From NCBI RefSeq assembly GCF_029227855.1, contig NZ_CP074356.1: a stretch of 64,000 nt of DNA; one strand, 5' to 3'. Both the position numbers and the translations under genes were made by a program. The DNA comes from Escherichia coli (lineage in GTDB: Bacteria > Pseudomonadota > Gammaproteobacteria > Enterobacterales > Enterobacteriaceae). Position 1 is the first letter of the stretch. Each line of letters starts with the position of its first letter. Under the pieces are notes generated by a model. That model was not told the DNA's origin. It saw only the letters and a list, made by a program, of their open reading frames with translations, and ran no database searches. This document shows positions 43,505-55,676 of the stretch, one piece after another.

Positions 43505-44893
43505 ATGACCATTACTCCGGCAACTCATGCAATTTCGATAAATCCTGCCACCGGTGAACAACTTTCTGTGCTGCCGTGGGCTGGCGCTGATGATATCGAA
43601 AACGCACTTCAGCTGGCGGCAGCAGGCTTTCGCGACTGGCGCGAGACAAATATAGATTATCGTGCTGAAAAACTGCGCGATATCGGTAAGGCTCTGCGTG
43701 TCCGTAGCGAAGAAATGGCGCAAATGATCACCCGTGAAATGGGCAAACCAATCAACCAGGCGCGCGCTGAAGTGGCGAAATCGGCGAATTTGTGTGACTG
43801 GTATGCAGAACATGGTCCGGCAATGCTGAAGGCGGAACCTACGCTGGTGGAAAATCAGCAGGCAGTTATTGAGTATCGACCGTTGGGGACAATTCTGGCG
43901 ATTATGCCGTGGAATTTTCCGTTATGGCAGGTGATGCGTGGCGCGGTTCCCATCATTCTTGCAGGTAACGGCTACTTACTTAAACATGCGCCGAATGTGA
44001 TGGGCTGTGCACAGCTCATTGCCCAGGTGTTTAAAGATGCGGGTATCCCACAAGGCGTATATGGCTGGCTGAATGCCGACAACGACGGCGTCAGTCAGAT
44101 GATTAAAGACTCGCGCATTGCTGCTGTCACGGTGACCGGAAGTGTTCGTGCGGGAGCGGCTATTGGCGCACAGGCTGGAGCGGCACTGAAAAAATGCGTA
44201 CTGGAACTGGGCGGTTCGGATCCATTTATTGTGCTTAACGATGCCGATCTGGAACTGGCGGTTAAAGCGGCGGTAGCCGGACGTTATCAGAATACCGGAC
44301 AGGTTTGTGCAGCGGCAAAACGCTTTATCATCGAAGAGGGAATTGCTTCGGCATTTACCGAACGTTTTGTGGCAGCTGCGGCAGCCTTGAAAATGGGCGA
44401 TCCCCGTGACGAAGAGAACACTCTCGGACCAATGGCTCGTTTTGATTTACGTGATGAGCTGCATCATCAGGTGGAGAAAACCCTGGCGCAGGGTGCGCGT
44501 TTGTTACTGGGCGGGGAAAAGATGGCTGGGGCAGGTAACTACTATCCGCCAACGGTTCTGGCGAATGTTACCCCAGAAATGACCGCGTTTCGGGAAGAAA
44601 TGTTTGGCCCCGTTGCGGCAATCACCATTGCGAAAGATGCAGAACATGCACTGGAACTGGCTAATGATAGCGAGTTCGGCCTTTCAGCGACCATTTTTAC
44701 CACTGACGAAACACAGGCCGGACAGATGGCGGCACGTCTGGAATGCGGTGGGGTGTTTATCAATGGTTATTGCGCCAGCGACGCGCGAGTGGCCTTTGGT
44801 GGCGTGAAAAAGAGTGGCTTTGGTCGTGAGCTTTCCCATTTCGGCTTACACGAATTCTGTAATATCCAGACGGTGTGGAAAGACCGGATCTGA
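43505..44893 (+). CDS. sad: NAD(P)-dependent succinate-semialdehyde dehydrogenase Sad (YneI)
   Basis: 462 aa; aldehyde dehydrogenase motifs (ELGGSDP, catalytic Cys in GQVCAAAKR). Confidence 0.9.
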   Translation: MTITPATHAISINPATGEQLSVLPWAGADDIENALQLAAAGFRDWRETNIDYRAEKLRDIGKALRVRSEEMAQMITREMGKPINQARAEVAKSANLCDWYAEHGPAMLKAEPTLVENQQAVIEYRPLGTILAIMPWNFPLWQVMRGAVPIILAGNGYLLKHAPNVMGCAQLIAQVFKDAGIPQGVYGWLNADNDGVSQMIKDSRIAAVTVTGSVRAGAAIGAQAGAALKKCVLELGGSDPFIVLNDADLELAVKAAVAGRYQNTGQVCAAAKRFIIEEGIASAFTERFVAAAAALKMGDPRDEENTLGPMARFDLRDELHHQVEKTLAQGARLLLGGEKMAGAGNYYPPTVLANVTPEMTAFREEMFGPVAAITIAKDAEHALELANDSEFGLSATIFTTDETQAGQMAARLECGGVFINGYCASDARVAFGGVKKSGFGRELSHFGLHEFCNIQTVWKDRI

Positions 44894-44956
44894 CGCTACA
44901 TATTCAGCTCTGATATACTCGCAGGTCTTTTCAGACCTGCGGTCCAGGAGTAGAAA

Positions 44957-45883
44957 GTGGCAGTCGCCATGGATAATGCAATTTTAGAAAACATCTTGCG
45001 GCAAGTGCGGCCGCTCATTGGTCAGGGTAAAGTCGCGAATTATATTCCGGCGCTGGCTACAGTAGACGGTTCCCGATTGGGTATTGCTATCTGTACCGTT
45101 GACGGACAGCTTTTTCAGGCCGGAGACGCGCAAGAACGTTTTTCCATTCAGTCTATTTCCAAAGTGCTGAGTCTCGTTGTCGCCATGCGTCATTATTCCG
45201 AAGAGGAAATCTGGCAACGCGTCGGCAAAGATCCGTCTGGATCACCGTTCAATTCTTTAGTGCAACTGGAAATGGAGCAGGGTATTCCGCGTAATCCGTT
45301 TATTAATGCCGGTGCGCTGGTGGTCTGCGATATGTTGCAAGGGCGATTAAGCGCTCCCCGGCAACGTATGCTGGAAGTCGTGCGCGGCTTAAGCGGTGTG
45401 TCTGATATTTCATACGATACGGTGGTAGCGCGTTCCGAATTTGAACATTCCGCGCGAAATGCGGCTATCGCCTGGCTGATGAAGTCGTTTGGCAATTTCC
45501 ATCATGATGTGACAACCGTTCTGCAAAACTACTTTCATTACTGCGCTCTGAAAATGAGCTGTGTAGAGCTGGCCCGGACGTTTGTCTTTCTGGCTAATCA
45601 GGGGAAAGCTATTCATATTGATGAACCTGTGGTGACGCCAATGCAGGCGCGGCAAATTAATGCGCTGATGGCGACCAGTGGTATGTACCAGAACGCGGGG
45701 GAGTTTGCCTGGCGGGTGGGACTACCGGCGAAATCTGGCGTTGGTGGCGGTATTGTGGCGATTGTTCCGCATGAAATGGCCATCGCAGTCTGGAGTCCGG
45801 AACTGGATGATGCTGGTAACTCGCTTGCGGGCATTGCTGTCCTTGAACAATTGACGAAACAACTAGGGCGTTCGGTTTATTAA
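44957..45883 (+). CDS. glsB: Glutaminase 2 GlsB (YneH)
   Basis: 308 aa, GTG start; serine-dependent glutaminase family. Confidence 0.9.
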   Translation: MAVAMDNAILENILRQVRPLIGQGKVANYIPALATVDGSRLGIAICTVDGQLFQAGDAQERFSIQSISKVLSLVVAMRHYSEEEIWQRVGKDPSGSPFNSLVQLEMEQGIPRNPFINAGALVVCDMLQGRLSAPRQRMLEVVRGLSGVSDISYDTVVARSEFEHSARNAAIAWLMKSFGNFHHDVTTVLQNYFHYCALKMSCVELARTFVFLANQGKAIHIDEPVVTPMQARQINALMATSGMYQNAGEFAWRVGLPAKSGVGGGIVAIVPHEMAIAVWSPELDDAGNSLAGIAVLEQLTKQLGRSVY

Positions 45884-46242
45884 TGCAGTCTCTCGATCCA
45901 CTCTTCGCGCGTTTATCCCGTTCAAAATTTCGCTCTCGGTTTCGTTTGGGCATGAAAGAGCGTCAGTATTGTCTGGAGAAAGGCGCGCCAGTCATCGAAC
46001 AACATGCGGCGGATTTTGTCGCTAAACGTCTTGCTCCGGCATTACCGGCTAACGACGGTAAGCAAACCCCCATGCGCGGGCATCCGGTGTTTATCGCTCA
46101 GCACGCCACTGCAACCTGTTGTCGCGGTTGTCTGGCTAAGTGGCATAACATTCCGCAGGGTGTTTCGTTAAGCGAGGAACAACAACGTTATATCGTGGCG
46201 GTAATCTATCACTGGTTGATTATACAGATGAATCAGCCATGA
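45883..46242 (+). CDS. yneG: DUF4186-family protein YneG
   Basis: 119 aa; start overlaps the glsB stop. Confidence 0.8.
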   Translation: MQSLDPLFARLSRSKFRSRFRLGMKERQYCLEKGAPVIEQHAADFVAKRLAPALPANDGKQTPMRGHPVFIAQHATATCCRGCLAKWHNIPQGVSLSEEQQRYIVAVIYHWLIIQMNQP

Positions 46243-46380
46243 TAATTGCGGAAAACGATAAAATAGCATTCCCAGGATATCTTTATTTGCCGCCGCTGTC
46301 AGCGAACATGCTATCCTTTATAAGAATTTACTTATTACGTTGAGATAATTGCCACCCGCAATTGTATGGACAGATAATTA

Positions 46381-47799
46381 ATGCATGTACAGCCCATTTC
46401 AACTTTCCGTTTGTTCCAGGAAGGTCATCTGCTACGTAATAGCATCGCTATTTTTGCGCTAACCACGCTGTTCTATTTTATTGGTGCAGAGTTACGGCTG
46501 GTTCACGAACTTTCTCTTTTCTGGCCGCTGAATGGCGTAATGGCGGGGGTGTTTGCCCGCTATGTCTGGCTTAATCGACTGCATTACTATGCGATCAGTT
46601 ATGTGGCAATGCTGGTTTATGATGCCATAACCACCGAATGGGGGCTGGTTTCACTGGCTATCAATTTCTCCAATATGATGTTTATTGTTACCGTCGCCTT
46701 ACTGGTCGCGCGGGATAAGCGTCTGGGGAAAAATAAGTACGAGCCAGTAAGTGCCTTACGGCTATTTAATTACTGTCTGATTGCCGCATTATTATGCGCT
46801 ATTGTCGGGGCGATTGGTTCGGTCAGTATTGATAGTCTGGATTTCTGGCCTTTGCTTGCCGACTGGTTCAGTGAGCAATTCTCAACGGGCGTGTTGATAG
46901 TGCCTTGTATGCTGACGTTGGCAATTCCTGGAGTGCTGCCGCGCTTTAAAGCAGAACAGATGATGCCCGCTATCGCGCTTATTGTGTCGGTTATTGCCTC
47001 GGTAGTCATTGGCGGAGCGGGGAGTCTGGCGTTCCCGCTGCCTGCATTAATCTGGTGTGCAGTGCGCTATACGCCGCAGGTAACATGTCTGTTGACCTTT
47101 GTCACCGGTGCGGTGGAAATCGTACTGGTGGCAAATTCGGTGATTGATATCTCGGTCGGTTCGCCATTCTCCATTCCAGAAATGTTCTCCGCACGTCTCG
47201 GTATTGCCACGATGGCGATATGCCCAATTATGGTTTCTTTTAGCGTGGCAGCGATCAATTCGCTAATGAAGCAAGTTGCGCTGCGAGCCGACTTTGATTT
47301 TCTGACTCAGGTTTACTCACGGTCCGGTCTTTATGAGGCGCTGAAAAGTCCATCGCTGAAACAGACACAACATCTGACTGTCATGCTGCTTGATATCGAC
47401 TATTTCAAAAGTATTAACGATAACTATGGACATGAATGTGGCGATAAAGTGTTAAGCGTGTTTGCAAGGCATATTCAGAAGATTGTCGGTGATAAGGGGC
47501 TGGTGGCACGAATGGGCGGCGAAGAATTTGCTGTTGCAGTGCCGTCGGTGAATCCTGTCGATGGTCTGCTAATGGCGGAAAAAATCCGTAAAGGCGTTGA
47601 ACTGCAACCGTTCACCTGGCAACAAAAAACGCTTTATCTCACGGTAAGTATTGGCGTCGGTAGTGGTCGCGCATCGTACCGAACGCTGACCGATGACTTT
47701 AATAAATTGATGGTCGAAGCCGATACGTGTCTGTATCGCTCGAAGAAAGATGGGCGCAACCGTACCAGCACTATGTGTTACGGTGAGGAAGTTGTCTGA
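46381..47799 (+). CDS. dgcF: Membrane-anchored diguanylate cyclase DgcF (YneF)
   Basis: 472 aa; N-terminal polytopic membrane domain plus C-terminal GGDEF domain (ARMGGEEFAV). Confidence 0.85.
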   Translation: MHVQPISTFRLFQEGHLLRNSIAIFALTTLFYFIGAELRLVHELSLFWPLNGVMAGVFARYVWLNRLHYYAISYVAMLVYDAITTEWGLVSLAINFSNMMFIVTVALLVARDKRLGKNKYEPVSALRLFNYCLIAALLCAIVGAIGSVSIDSLDFWPLLADWFSEQFSTGVLIVPCMLTLAIPGVLPRFKAEQMMPAIALIVSVIASVVIGGAGSLAFPLPALIWCAVRYTPQVTCLLTFVTGAVEIVLVANSVIDISVGSPFSIPEMFSARLGIATMAICPIMVSFSVAAINSLMKQVALRADFDFLTQVYSRSGLYEALKSPSLKQTQHLTVMLLDIDYFKSINDNYGHECGDKVLSVFARHIQKIVGDKGLVARMGGEEFAVAVPSVNPVDGLLMAEKIRKGVELQPFTWQQKTLYLTVSIGVGSGRASYRTLTDDFNKLMVEADTCLYRSKKDGRNRTSTMCYGEEVV

Positions 47800-48025
47800 C
47801 ATCTTTATTCATTCAGAGCGATTTAAATGCAATGTGTTCTACCACTTTATGATCCAAGAAAAGGCGTTTTTCCTCGATTAAACCATGATCCGCGCCACAC
47901 TTTTCTCATAAAACTGCTCATTAATCATCAGGAGTTGATCAAAACAGGGGTTCGGCGTATTAAAGTTTGCTAACCTGTCGTACCAATTCAAACAGGTTGT
48001 ATGACTAATCAGAAGGGAACCCATT

Positions 48026-49477
48026 GTGAAAACACTAAATCGTCGCGATTTTCCCGGTGCACAGTATCCAGAACGTATCATTCAGTTTGGTGAAGGTAAC
48101 TTCCTGCGCGCCTTTGTTGACTGGCAAATCGATCTCCTGAATGAGCACACCGATCTGAATTCTGGCGTGGTCGTTGTTCGTCCGATTGAAACTTCATTCC
48201 CGCCGTCACTGAGCACGCAGGATGGTCTGTATACCACCATTATCCGTGGCCTGAATGAGAAGGGTGAAGCGGTCAGCGACGCGCGTCTGATTCGCTCGGT
48301 TAATCGTGAAATCAGCGTCTACAGTGAATACGATGAATTCCTGAAACTGGCGCATAACCCGGAAATGCGCTTTGTTTTCTCTAACACCACCGAAGCGGGT
48401 ATCAGCTACCATGCGGGCGATAAATTCGATGACGCGCCAGCGGTAAGTTATCCGGCAAAACTGACCCGTCTGCTGTTCGAACGTTTTAGCCATTTCAACG
48501 GTGCGCTGGATAAAGGTTGGATCATCATCCCGTGTGAGTTGATCGACTACAATGGCGACGCGTTGCGTGAACTGGTGCTGCGCTATGCGCAAGAGTGGGC
48601 ACTACCAGAAGCATTTATTCAATGGCTGGATCAGGCTAACAGCTTCTGTTCTACGCTGGTGGACCGTATCGTTACCGGCTATCCGCGTGATGAAGTGGCT
48701 AAACTGGAAGAAGAACTGGGTTATCACGATGGTTTCCTCGACACCGCTGAACACTTTTACCTGTTTGTGATTCAGGGGCCGAAATCCTTAGCGACTGAGC
48801 TGTGCCTGGACAAATATCCACTCAACGTGCTGATTGTTGACGATATTAAACCGTACAAAGAACGCAAAGTGGCAATCCTCAACGGTGCGCACACCGCGCT
48901 GGTGCCGGTGGCGTTCCAGGCAGGGCTGGATACCGTAGGTGAAGCGATGAACGATGCTGAAATTTGCGCATTCGTTGAAAAAGCCATCTACGAAGAAATT
49001 ATTCCGGTACTGGATTTGCCACGCGATGAACTGGAATCTTTCGCTAGTGCAGTCACCGGACGTTTCCGTAACCCGTACATCAAACATCAGTTGCTGTCTA
49101 TCGCCCTCAACGGTATGACCAAGTTCCGCACCCGCATCCTGCCGCAACTGCTGGCAGGGCAGAAGGCAAACGGCACACTTCCGGCGCGCCTGACTTTCGC
49201 ATTAGCGGCATTGATTGCGTTTTATCGCGGTGAGCGTAATGGAGAAACATATCCGGTACAGGACGATGCACACTGGCTGGAACGTTATCAGCAACTCTGG
49301 AGCCAGCATCGTGACCGTGTTATCGGCACCCAGGAACTGGTAGCGATTGTTTTGGCAGAAAAAGACCACTGGGAGCAGGACCTGACGCAAGTGCCTGGTC
49401 TGGTCGAGCAGGTGGCTAATGACCTGGATGCGATTCTCGAAAAAGGAATGCGCGAAGCTGTACGTCCGTTGTGCTAA
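48026..49477 (+). CDS. uxaB: Altronate (tagaturonate) oxidoreductase UxaB
   Basis: 483 aa, GTG start; mannitol dehydrogenase family. Confidence 0.9.
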   Translation: MKTLNRRDFPGAQYPERIIQFGEGNFLRAFVDWQIDLLNEHTDLNSGVVVVRPIETSFPPSLSTQDGLYTTIIRGLNEKGEAVSDARLIRSVNREISVYSEYDEFLKLAHNPEMRFVFSNTTEAGISYHAGDKFDDAPAVSYPAKLTRLLFERFSHFNGALDKGWIIIPCELIDYNGDALRELVLRYAQEWALPEAFIQWLDQANSFCSTLVDRIVTGYPRDEVAKLEEELGYHDGFLDTAEHFYLFVIQGPKSLATELCLDKYPLNVLIVDDIKPYKERKVAILNGAHTALVPVAFQAGLDTVGEAMNDAEICAFVEKAIYEEIIPVLDLPRDELESFASAVTGRFRNPYIKHQLLSIALNGMTKFRTRILPQLLAGQKANGTLPARLTFALAALIAFYRGERNGETYPVQDDAHWLERYQQLWSQHRDRVIGTQELVAIVLAEKDHWEQDLTQVPGLVEQVANDLDAILEKGMREAVRPLC

Positions 49478-49481
49478 TACT

Positions 49482-49511
49482 CTGAACCCGGTTTCGACCG
49501 GGTTTCTTATT
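49482..49511 (+). terminator. Intrinsic terminator after uxaB
   Basis: AACCCGGT-TTCG-ACCGGGTT hairpin followed by a T-run. Confidence 0.6.
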
Positions 49512-49673
49512 TTACTATATTAGTTACAACATCCTATGTGCCTTTATCATTAACGGGTGCCATATGCCACACCTGTAAATGTTGTAAACTTGTAGGTAAT
49601 TTGTACGTAGCGTCTTGAGAATGTGATCGTAATCACGTTTAATAGGGCGACTTTTCCACGCCTGAAGATAACC

Positions 49674-50588
49674 ATGATTGTTCGTCCACAACAACACTGG
49701 CTGCGCCGTATTTTTGTCTGGCACGGCTCAGTATTATCCAAGATATCCTCGCGCTTACTACTCAATTTTCTCTTTTCTATCGCTGTTATTTTCATGCTGC
49801 CCTGGTACACGCATTTGGGCATCAAATTCACCCTCGCACCGTTCAGCATTCTCGGTGTTGCCATCGCCATTTTTCTTGGTTTTCGTAATAATGCCGGGTA
49901 CGCCCGTTACGTTGAAGCGCGAAAACTTTGGGGGCAGTTGATGATTGCCTCACGGTCGTTACTGCGAGAGGTAAAAACGACATTGCCGGATTCGGCAAGT
50001 GTAAGGGAGTTTGCCCGGCTGCAAATTGCCTTCGCCCATTGTTTACGCATGACATTACGCAAACAGCCACAGGCGGAAGTGCTGGCACATTATCTCAAGA
50101 CTGAAGATCTTCAGCGTGTACTGGCTTCGAACTCTCCAGCTAACCGTATCTTGTTAATAATGGGAGAATGGTTGGCGGTTCAGCGCCGCAATGGACAACT
50201 TTCAGATATCCTGTTTATTAGCCTCAACGATCGGCTTAACGATATTTCAGCGGTTCTGGCAGGCTGCGAGCGCATTGCCTATACGCCAATTCCCTTTGCC
50301 TACACCCTGATTTTGCATCGTACCGTTTATCTGTTTTGTATCATGCTGCCGTTCGCGCTGGTCGTGGACCTGCATTACATGACGCCTTTTATCTCTGTGC
50401 TGATTTCCTACACTTTTATTTCGCTGGATTGTCTGGCGGAAGAACTGGAAGATCCGTTCGGTACTGAAAACAATGATTTACCGCTGGATGCCATCTGCAA
50501 CGCTATTGAAATTGACCTGTTACAGATGAACGATGAAACAGAAATTCCAGCAAAAATTCTTCCCGATCGTCATTACCAGCTGACGTAA
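49674..50588 (+). CDS. yneE: Bestrophin-family membrane protein YneE
   Basis: 304 aa from MIVRPQQHWLRRIF. Confidence 0.85.
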   Translation: MIVRPQQHWLRRIFVWHGSVLSKISSRLLLNFLFSIAVIFMLPWYTHLGIKFTLAPFSILGVAIAIFLGFRNNAGYARYVEARKLWGQLMIASRSLLREVKTTLPDSASVREFARLQIAFAHCLRMTLRKQPQAEVLAHYLKTEDLQRVLASNSPANRILLIMGEWLAVQRRNGQLSDILFISLNDRLNDISAVLAGCERIAYTPIPFAYTLILHRTVYLFCIMLPFALVVDLHYMTPFISVLISYTFISLDCLAEELEDPFGTENNDLPLDAICNAIEIDLLQMNDETEIPAKILPDRHYQLT

Positions 50589-50591
50589 TAT

Positions 50592-51350
50592 TTACTCCGT
50601 ACGCCGGGCAACAATAAACAGACGCGGAAATGCCAGCAGTATCTCTCCGTTCTCTTGCAGTGGATACTGCTCTTCCAGCATCTGATGGTAGCGCGTAAGA
50701 AAATGCTGCTGTTCGCTCTCGGTCAGATCCTGTAACCACGGACGTAATCCAGTGGCGGCCACCCAATCGATAATCGCCTGGTGCGACGGCATCTGGTGAT
50801 AGTAGGTGGTTCGCCAGATATCGACCTCACATCCGGCTTCGCTCAGAATATCGTAGTAAGCATGAACGCCAGCCAGCGGCTCACGCCCGCGATCCGGATA
50901 ATTTTGTTCCCAGGCGACTTCGCGCATGAGCACATGGGTTGGCTCTAGCCAGTTATCTGGCATCTGTACTGCCAACACACCATGCGAATTAAGTAAAGAA
51001 ACCAGATGAGGGAACAATTCGTAGTGGTCGGGCAGCCATTGCAGTGAGGCATTAGCGAAAATCAGATCCAGTGCCTGTTCCGGTTGCCAGTTGCGGATGT
51101 CTGCTTCCACGAACTGGCAGTCTGGCAAAGCACTGCGCGCTTCAGCAATCATCGCCGGAGACGAGTCGATGCCTGTTATCCTGGCCGCAGGCCAACGTTG
51201 ATGCAGCAGGGCGGTGCTGTTACCTGGGCCACAGCCAAGATCGGCAACGTATTTGATATTCTCCAGCGGCACTCTGGCAAGCAGCTCCACCGCCGGACGC
51301 GATCGTTCAGCGGCAAAGTGCAGATATAAAGAGGGGTTCCAGTCAGACAT
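50592..51350 (-). CDS. tam: Trans-aconitate 2-methyltransferase Tam
   Basis: 252 aa; SAM-binding motif [10 protein letters not shown]. Confidence 0.9.
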   Translation of the reverse strand: MSDWNPSLYLHFAAERSRPAVELLARVPLENIKYVADLGCGPGNSTALLHQRWPAARITGIDSSPAMIAEARSALPDCQFVEADIRNWQPEQALDLIFANASLQWLPDHYELFPHLVSLLNSHGVLAVQMPDNWLEPTHVLMREVAWEQNYPDRGREPLAGVHAYYDILSEAGCEVDIWRTTYYHQMPSHQAIIDWVAATGLRPWLQDLTESEQQHFLTRYHQMLEEQYPLQENGEILLAFPRLFIVARRTE

Positions 51351-51405
51351 TTTTTACTCCCGTCAGCGCGTTACCCCAATTGTAGATAAAATTGATAAAT
51401 TCGCC

Positions 51406-51696
51406 TCACGGCATCAACCCATTGAACAGACGTTTTTTACGCGGCCCGGTCATTAAAGATTCCAGTTTCGCGACACAGGTTTTGTAGTGGGGCGTGGTTT
51501 TATGGAATGCCACTGCGTCTTCATCTTTATAGGCTTCGTAGATATAAAAGCGCGAATTCACTTCCGGGTCCTGTAAGACATCGAAGCGCAAATTGCCTTC
51601 TTCCTGTACAGAGCCCAGGTGGTTCTGGCGAAAAACTTCGATAAACTCGTCAACCTTGTCTTCATGAACGTTAATTTCAACCAGTGTGACGTGCAT
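51406..51696 (-). CDS. lsrG: Autoinducer-2 processing protein LsrG
   Basis: 96 aa, antibiotic-biosynthesis-monooxygenase fold, last gene of the lsr operon. Confidence 0.9.
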   Translation of the reverse strand: MHVTLVEINVHEDKVDEFIEVFRQNHLGSVQEEGNLRFDVLQDPEVNSRFYIYEAYKDEDAVAFHKTTPHYKTCVAKLESLMTGPRKKRLFNGLMP

Positions 51697-51719
51697 AATT
51701 CTTCTCCTTAAATCCGCAG

Positions 51720-52595
51720 TTACTGTTTTTCACTCAGATAGAGTTCATATGCCCGATCAGCCGTTTCGTTATGGTGAACCACCGCCTGTACGGCTTTCAT
51801 CATCGCCACCGGATGGTCAGACTGGAAAATATTACGCCCCATATCCACACCAGAAGCGCCCTGATCGATAGCCTGCCAGCACATTTCCAGCGCCTCGCGC
51901 TCCGGTAGTTTTTTACCGCCAGCAATAACAATGGGTACCGGACATCCGGCAACAATCCGTTCAAAACCTTTTTCGACATAATAAGTTTTGATAATCTGCG
52001 CCCCCATTTCAGCGGCGATTCGAGTCGCGAGCGAGAAATAACGCTGATCGCGCACCATATCTTTGCCCACGCCAGTCACGGCCATGGTCGGCATTCCCAC
52101 TTTCATTCCGGCATCGACCAGCTGAATAATATTTTTGATCGACTGATGTTCATATTCGCTGCCGATATAAACCTGCGCCGCCACCGCGCAACTGTTCAGG
52201 CGCACGGCATCATCCATCGATAACGCCACGGCTTCATTACTTAATTCCGCCAGAATAGAGTTCGCACCAGACGCCCGCAGTACCACCGGCTTATTGGTCG
52301 CCGGGGGGACTACGCTGCGCAAAATGCCGCGCGTACACATTAATACATCGGCATGTTCAAACAGCGGGGCGATATTTATATCAATGCGTTCAAGTCCGGT
52401 AGTCGGCCCCTGAAAATAACCATGATCAAAGGCCAGCATCACGGTTTTACCCGTTTTCGGATTAAATATCCGCGATAAGCGTGACTGCATTCCCCAATCC
52501 AGTGCACCGCAACCTTTCAGGGTAAAAGGGATATTTTGTTGCGGTTGATCGGTACGAAAATCTTTACCATCTTTAATATCGTCTAAATCTGCCAT
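51720..52595 (-). CDS. lsrF: Phospho-AI-2 thiolase/aldolase LsrF
   Basis: 291 aa, DeoC/FbaB aldolase family. Confidence 0.9.
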   Translation of the reverse strand: MADLDDIKDGKDFRTDQPQQNIPFTLKGCGALDWGMQSRLSRIFNPKTGKTVMLAFDHGYFQGPTTGLERIDINIAPLFEHADVLMCTRGILRSVVPPATNKPVVLRASGANSILAELSNEAVALSMDDAVRLNSCAVAAQVYIGSEYEHQSIKNIIQLVDAGMKVGMPTMAVTGVGKDMVRDQRYFSLATRIAAEMGAQIIKTYYVEKGFERIVAGCPVPIVIAGGKKLPEREALEMCWQAIDQGASGVDMGRNIFQSDHPVAMMKAVQAVVHHNETADRAYELYLSEKQ

Positions 52596-52621
52596 AACGT
52601 ACTCCGGTTAAGTAATGCACA

Positions 52622-53644
52622 TCAGAAATCGTATTTGCCGATATTCTCTTTGTTGAATATCACGCGCTCCGGTAACAGTACGATGCCATTACCATCCGCT
52701 TCGTAGTCATAGCCCTGAACGCTGTTTGGCGAGACTTCCACCTGACCTACGCCCTGAATATCCAGCTTGTCGCCCGTTTTCATTGATCCTTTTTTCAATA
52801 ATTCATCCACGACATAAACTGAAATTTTGCCTTGCTGAACCACATCCCACAGGCCAAATTCTTTCACCGTGCCGCGTTCCACATATGGACGCATCACGTT
52901 TGGCGTACTGAATCCGACAATCGCAACTTTTTCATTTTTCAGGTTTTCTGCGGCTTGTGCGGCAGCGGGCAGGGCATTGGCATCGGGGGCGATAATGGCG
53001 TCGAGATCGCTATACGCTTTTAATATTCCTTCTGCGGTTTGTAACGATTTAGTGGCATCGTTATAGCCAAACTGCGTAGTGACAATTTCCCAGCCTGGAT
53101 GCTCTTTGGCGATTTTCGCTTTCGCCTCTTTCACCCACTGGTTTTGGTCCGTAACGGTGGGGCTTGAGTAGAAAAACGCGACTTTGGCTTTGTCTTTATT
53201 CACCTGACGCGCCGCCATATCCACCAACATACCTCCCAACTGGGCGGGCGTTCCCTGATTAATGTAGTAAGAGCGGCACTCCGGTTTAGTATCAGAGTCC
53301 CAGGTCAGCACTCTCACACCACGTTGCATGGCGCGTTTCAGTGCCGGACACAAGCCATCAGGCGAAACCGCAGAAACGATAATGGCGTTATAGCCCTGAT
53401 TGACGAAGTTATTAATCAACTGTACCTGACCAGAAACACTGGGTTCTGTCGGCCCGTCGTAGGTCACATCAACGCCCAGCTCTTTACCCGCTTGTTGTGC
53501 GCCGTTGCCACCGCTGGTAAAAAATCCCACGCCAACCAGTTTGGGAATAAATGCAATACGCTCTGCGGCCTGCACATTCATAGAGATTGCGGCAATGCCA
53601 AGCGCGCTAAGTAAGGCGATTTTCTTAAAGCGATGAAGTGTCAT
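52622..53644 (-). CDS. lsrB: AI-2 periplasmic binding protein LsrB
   Basis: 340 aa with signal peptide. Confidence 0.9.
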   Translation of the reverse strand: MTLHRFKKIALLSALGIAAISMNVQAAERIAFIPKLVGVGFFTSGGNGAQQAGKELGVDVTYDGPTEPSVSGQVQLINNFVNQGYNAIIVSAVSPDGLCPALKRAMQRGVRVLTWDSDTKPECRSYYINQGTPAQLGGMLVDMAARQVNKDKAKVAFFYSSPTVTDQNQWVKEAKAKIAKEHPGWEIVTTQFGYNDATKSLQTAEGILKAYSDLDAIIAPDANALPAAAQAAENLKNEKVAIVGFSTPNVMRPYVERGTVKEFGLWDVVQQGKISVYVVDELLKKGSMKTGDKLDIQGVGQVEVSPNSVQGYDYEADGNGIVLLPERVIFNKENIGKYDF

Positions 53645-53655
53645 GAAGATATCCT

Positions 53656-54648
53656 TTATGGCAATGGGTTATTGGCCCGACGCGCCAGCCACTCTTTAAT
53701 TTGCTGGCGATGCAGGCTAACGGAACGACCTACGACAACGACGATAAGTAGCGCACCGGAAAGGGCGCTGGACACCTGATTTGGCACTCCTGCCATTTGC
53801 AAACCTTGTTGCAAATATCCCACTAATAAAACCGCAATGGCGGTGCCGATAATGGAACCGGAACCACCATAAATATTGGCACCGCCAAGCACCACGGCGG
53901 TGATGGCGGGCATCAGAAACGACGCACCGAGATCGGAACGTGCTGAACCAAAATACGATACCAGCAGCACAGCGGCGACTGCAGACGCCAGCCCCGTCAT
54001 GGCATAGAGCGCACAAAAGGTGCGGTTAACTGGAATCGCGCTATAAAGCGCCACGCGCGGGCTTTGCCCAATCAAAAACACGTTACGTCCGGCATGGGTT
54101 TTATGCAGCCAGAGCCAGAAAACGAGGAGACATATCAGAAAGATAATCAGCGGAACGGGGAGTCCCAGCACATCCAGGTTAGCGAAATCTGTAAACGCCA
54201 TCGGGAATCCACCAATACCTTCGTACCCCGTCGCTCCGGCCATCCCGGAAAGCAGCAGGGCACTTCCGGCAAACAGATACAGCGTGCCAAGCGTAATCAC
54301 CAGCGGGTTAACTTTGGTATAGATAATTAATCCGGCGTTGATCAGCCCGCACAATGCGCCGAGCAGTAAGGTCAGGAGAATCGCCAGCGGCATCGGCACA
54401 CCACTTTGAAACAGTACGCCCAATGCAATGGCGCAGAGGCCGATAGTCGAACCAAACGAAATATCGATCCCGCCACTGACAATCACCATCGTCAGCGGTA
54501 GGGCGACAATGCCAATGCAGATAAAGTCACTGGTGCTGAACAGCAACATATTGAGATCTAACATCCGCGGGTTAATTGCACCAAATGCGACAATCTCAAT
54601 AACGAGCAGTGCGGCAAGAGCCAGTTCCCAACCGTAGCGAATACGCAT
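53656..54648 (-). CDS. lsrD: AI-2 ABC transporter permease LsrD
   Basis: 330-aa polytopic permease. Confidence 0.9.
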   Translation of the reverse strand: MRIRYGWELALAALLVIEIVAFGAINPRMLDLNMLLFSTSDFICIGIVALPLTMVIVSGGIDISFGSTIGLCAIALGVLFQSGVPMPLAILLTLLLGALCGLINAGLIIYTKVNPLVITLGTLYLFAGSALLLSGMAGATGYEGIGGFPMAFTDFANLDVLGLPVPLIIFLICLLVFWLWLHKTHAGRNVFLIGQSPRVALYSAIPVNRTFCALYAMTGLASAVAAVLLVSYFGSARSDLGASFLMPAITAVVLGGANIYGGSGSIIGTAIAVLLVGYLQQGLQMAGVPNQVSSALSGALLIVVVVGRSVSLHRQQIKEWLARRANNPLP

Positions 54649-55676
54649 TATGCGGCCTCCCGTTTTTTACCTGACGAAGCGGGTTTAACGGATGGCGGTG
54701 GCATCATAAAGCGGGCATATTTTTGCCGCCGCAGATTACGTTCCAGCGCACAACGCAGGCGTCCATCAAACACCAGCACCGCCAGCAGAACCAGGCCCGC
54801 GATAAAATCATTCCACCATGCCGGAATGCGCAACAGCACCAGTACACTATCGATCTGCGTCAGGAACCATGCGCCGAGTACCGCACCGATGATCGCGCCG
54901 GAACCGCCGATCAAACTAATGCCGCCCAGCACGCAGGCTGCAATTGCTTTCATCTCCAGCCCGGTACCGGTCTGGTTGGGGATAAAACCAATCTGCGAAG
55001 CAAACACAATCCCCGCCAGTGCCGCCATGCAGCCGTTCAACGAAAATGCCACAATGCGAATGGCTTCCGTACGAACGCCCAGTTGACGAGCGCCCTGTAA
55101 ATTATCGCCCGTGGCATAAAAACTGCGTCCAAACGCCGTCTTCGCCAGCAGCCAGGCCATAAATGCCACCAGAATTATCGTCAACCAACCAATCGCGGAA
55201 ACGCCAAACAGCAGCGGGGCGGAGAGTTGTTTCAGTTCGGCGGGTAATCCCTCAATCCATTTACCGCCAGTCCACAGCAACATGATGCCTCTGTACAACC
55301 CTAACGTGCCAAGGGTGGCAACAATGGCAGGGATCTTTAGCCACGCGACCAGGACACCGTTGAAAAATCCCGCGAGCAAACCAAGCAGTAAAGTCGCGAC
55401 ACAAGCAACAGGTAGTGAATACCCCGCGTTCAGTAACATCCCCAACAGCACCGCGCACATTCCGGTAATCGAACCCACTGAAACATCAATATTGCGCGTA
55501 AGCATTACCAGCGTCGCGCCCATTGCCAGCAGGATCAGGATTTGCGCGCTGCTATATACCATGGTCAGCGTTTGCACACTTAAATACTGGCGGTCGAGAA
55601 AACCGGGTAATACAAACAGCAGCACCACCGCCAGCAGTGCCGTGATTTCACGGTTGTTCTGAATAAATTTCAGCAT
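54648..55676 (-). CDS. lsrC: AI-2 ABC transporter permease LsrC
   Basis: 342-aa permease overlapping the lsrD start. Confidence 0.9.
   Translation of the reverse strand: MLKFIQNNREITALLAVVLLFVLPGFLDRQYLSVQTLTMVYSSAQILILLAMGATLVMLTRNIDVSVGSITGMCAVLLGMLLNAGYSLPVACVATLLLGLLAGFFNGVLVAWLKIPAIVATLGTLGLYRGIMLLWTGGKWIEGLPAELKQLSAPLLFGVSAIGWLTIILVAFMAWLLAKTAFGRSFYATGDNLQGARQLGVRTEAIRIVAFSLNGCMAALAGIVFASQIGFIPNQTGTGLEMKAIAACVLGGISLIGGSGAIIGAVLGAWFLTQIDSVLVLLRIPAWWNDFIAGLVLLAVLVFDGRLRCALERNLRRQKYARFMMPPPSVKPASSGKKREAA

Noticed and set aside
53717-54330. Short ORFs on both strands within lsrD/lsrC
   Set aside because: Embedded in well-supported permease genes.
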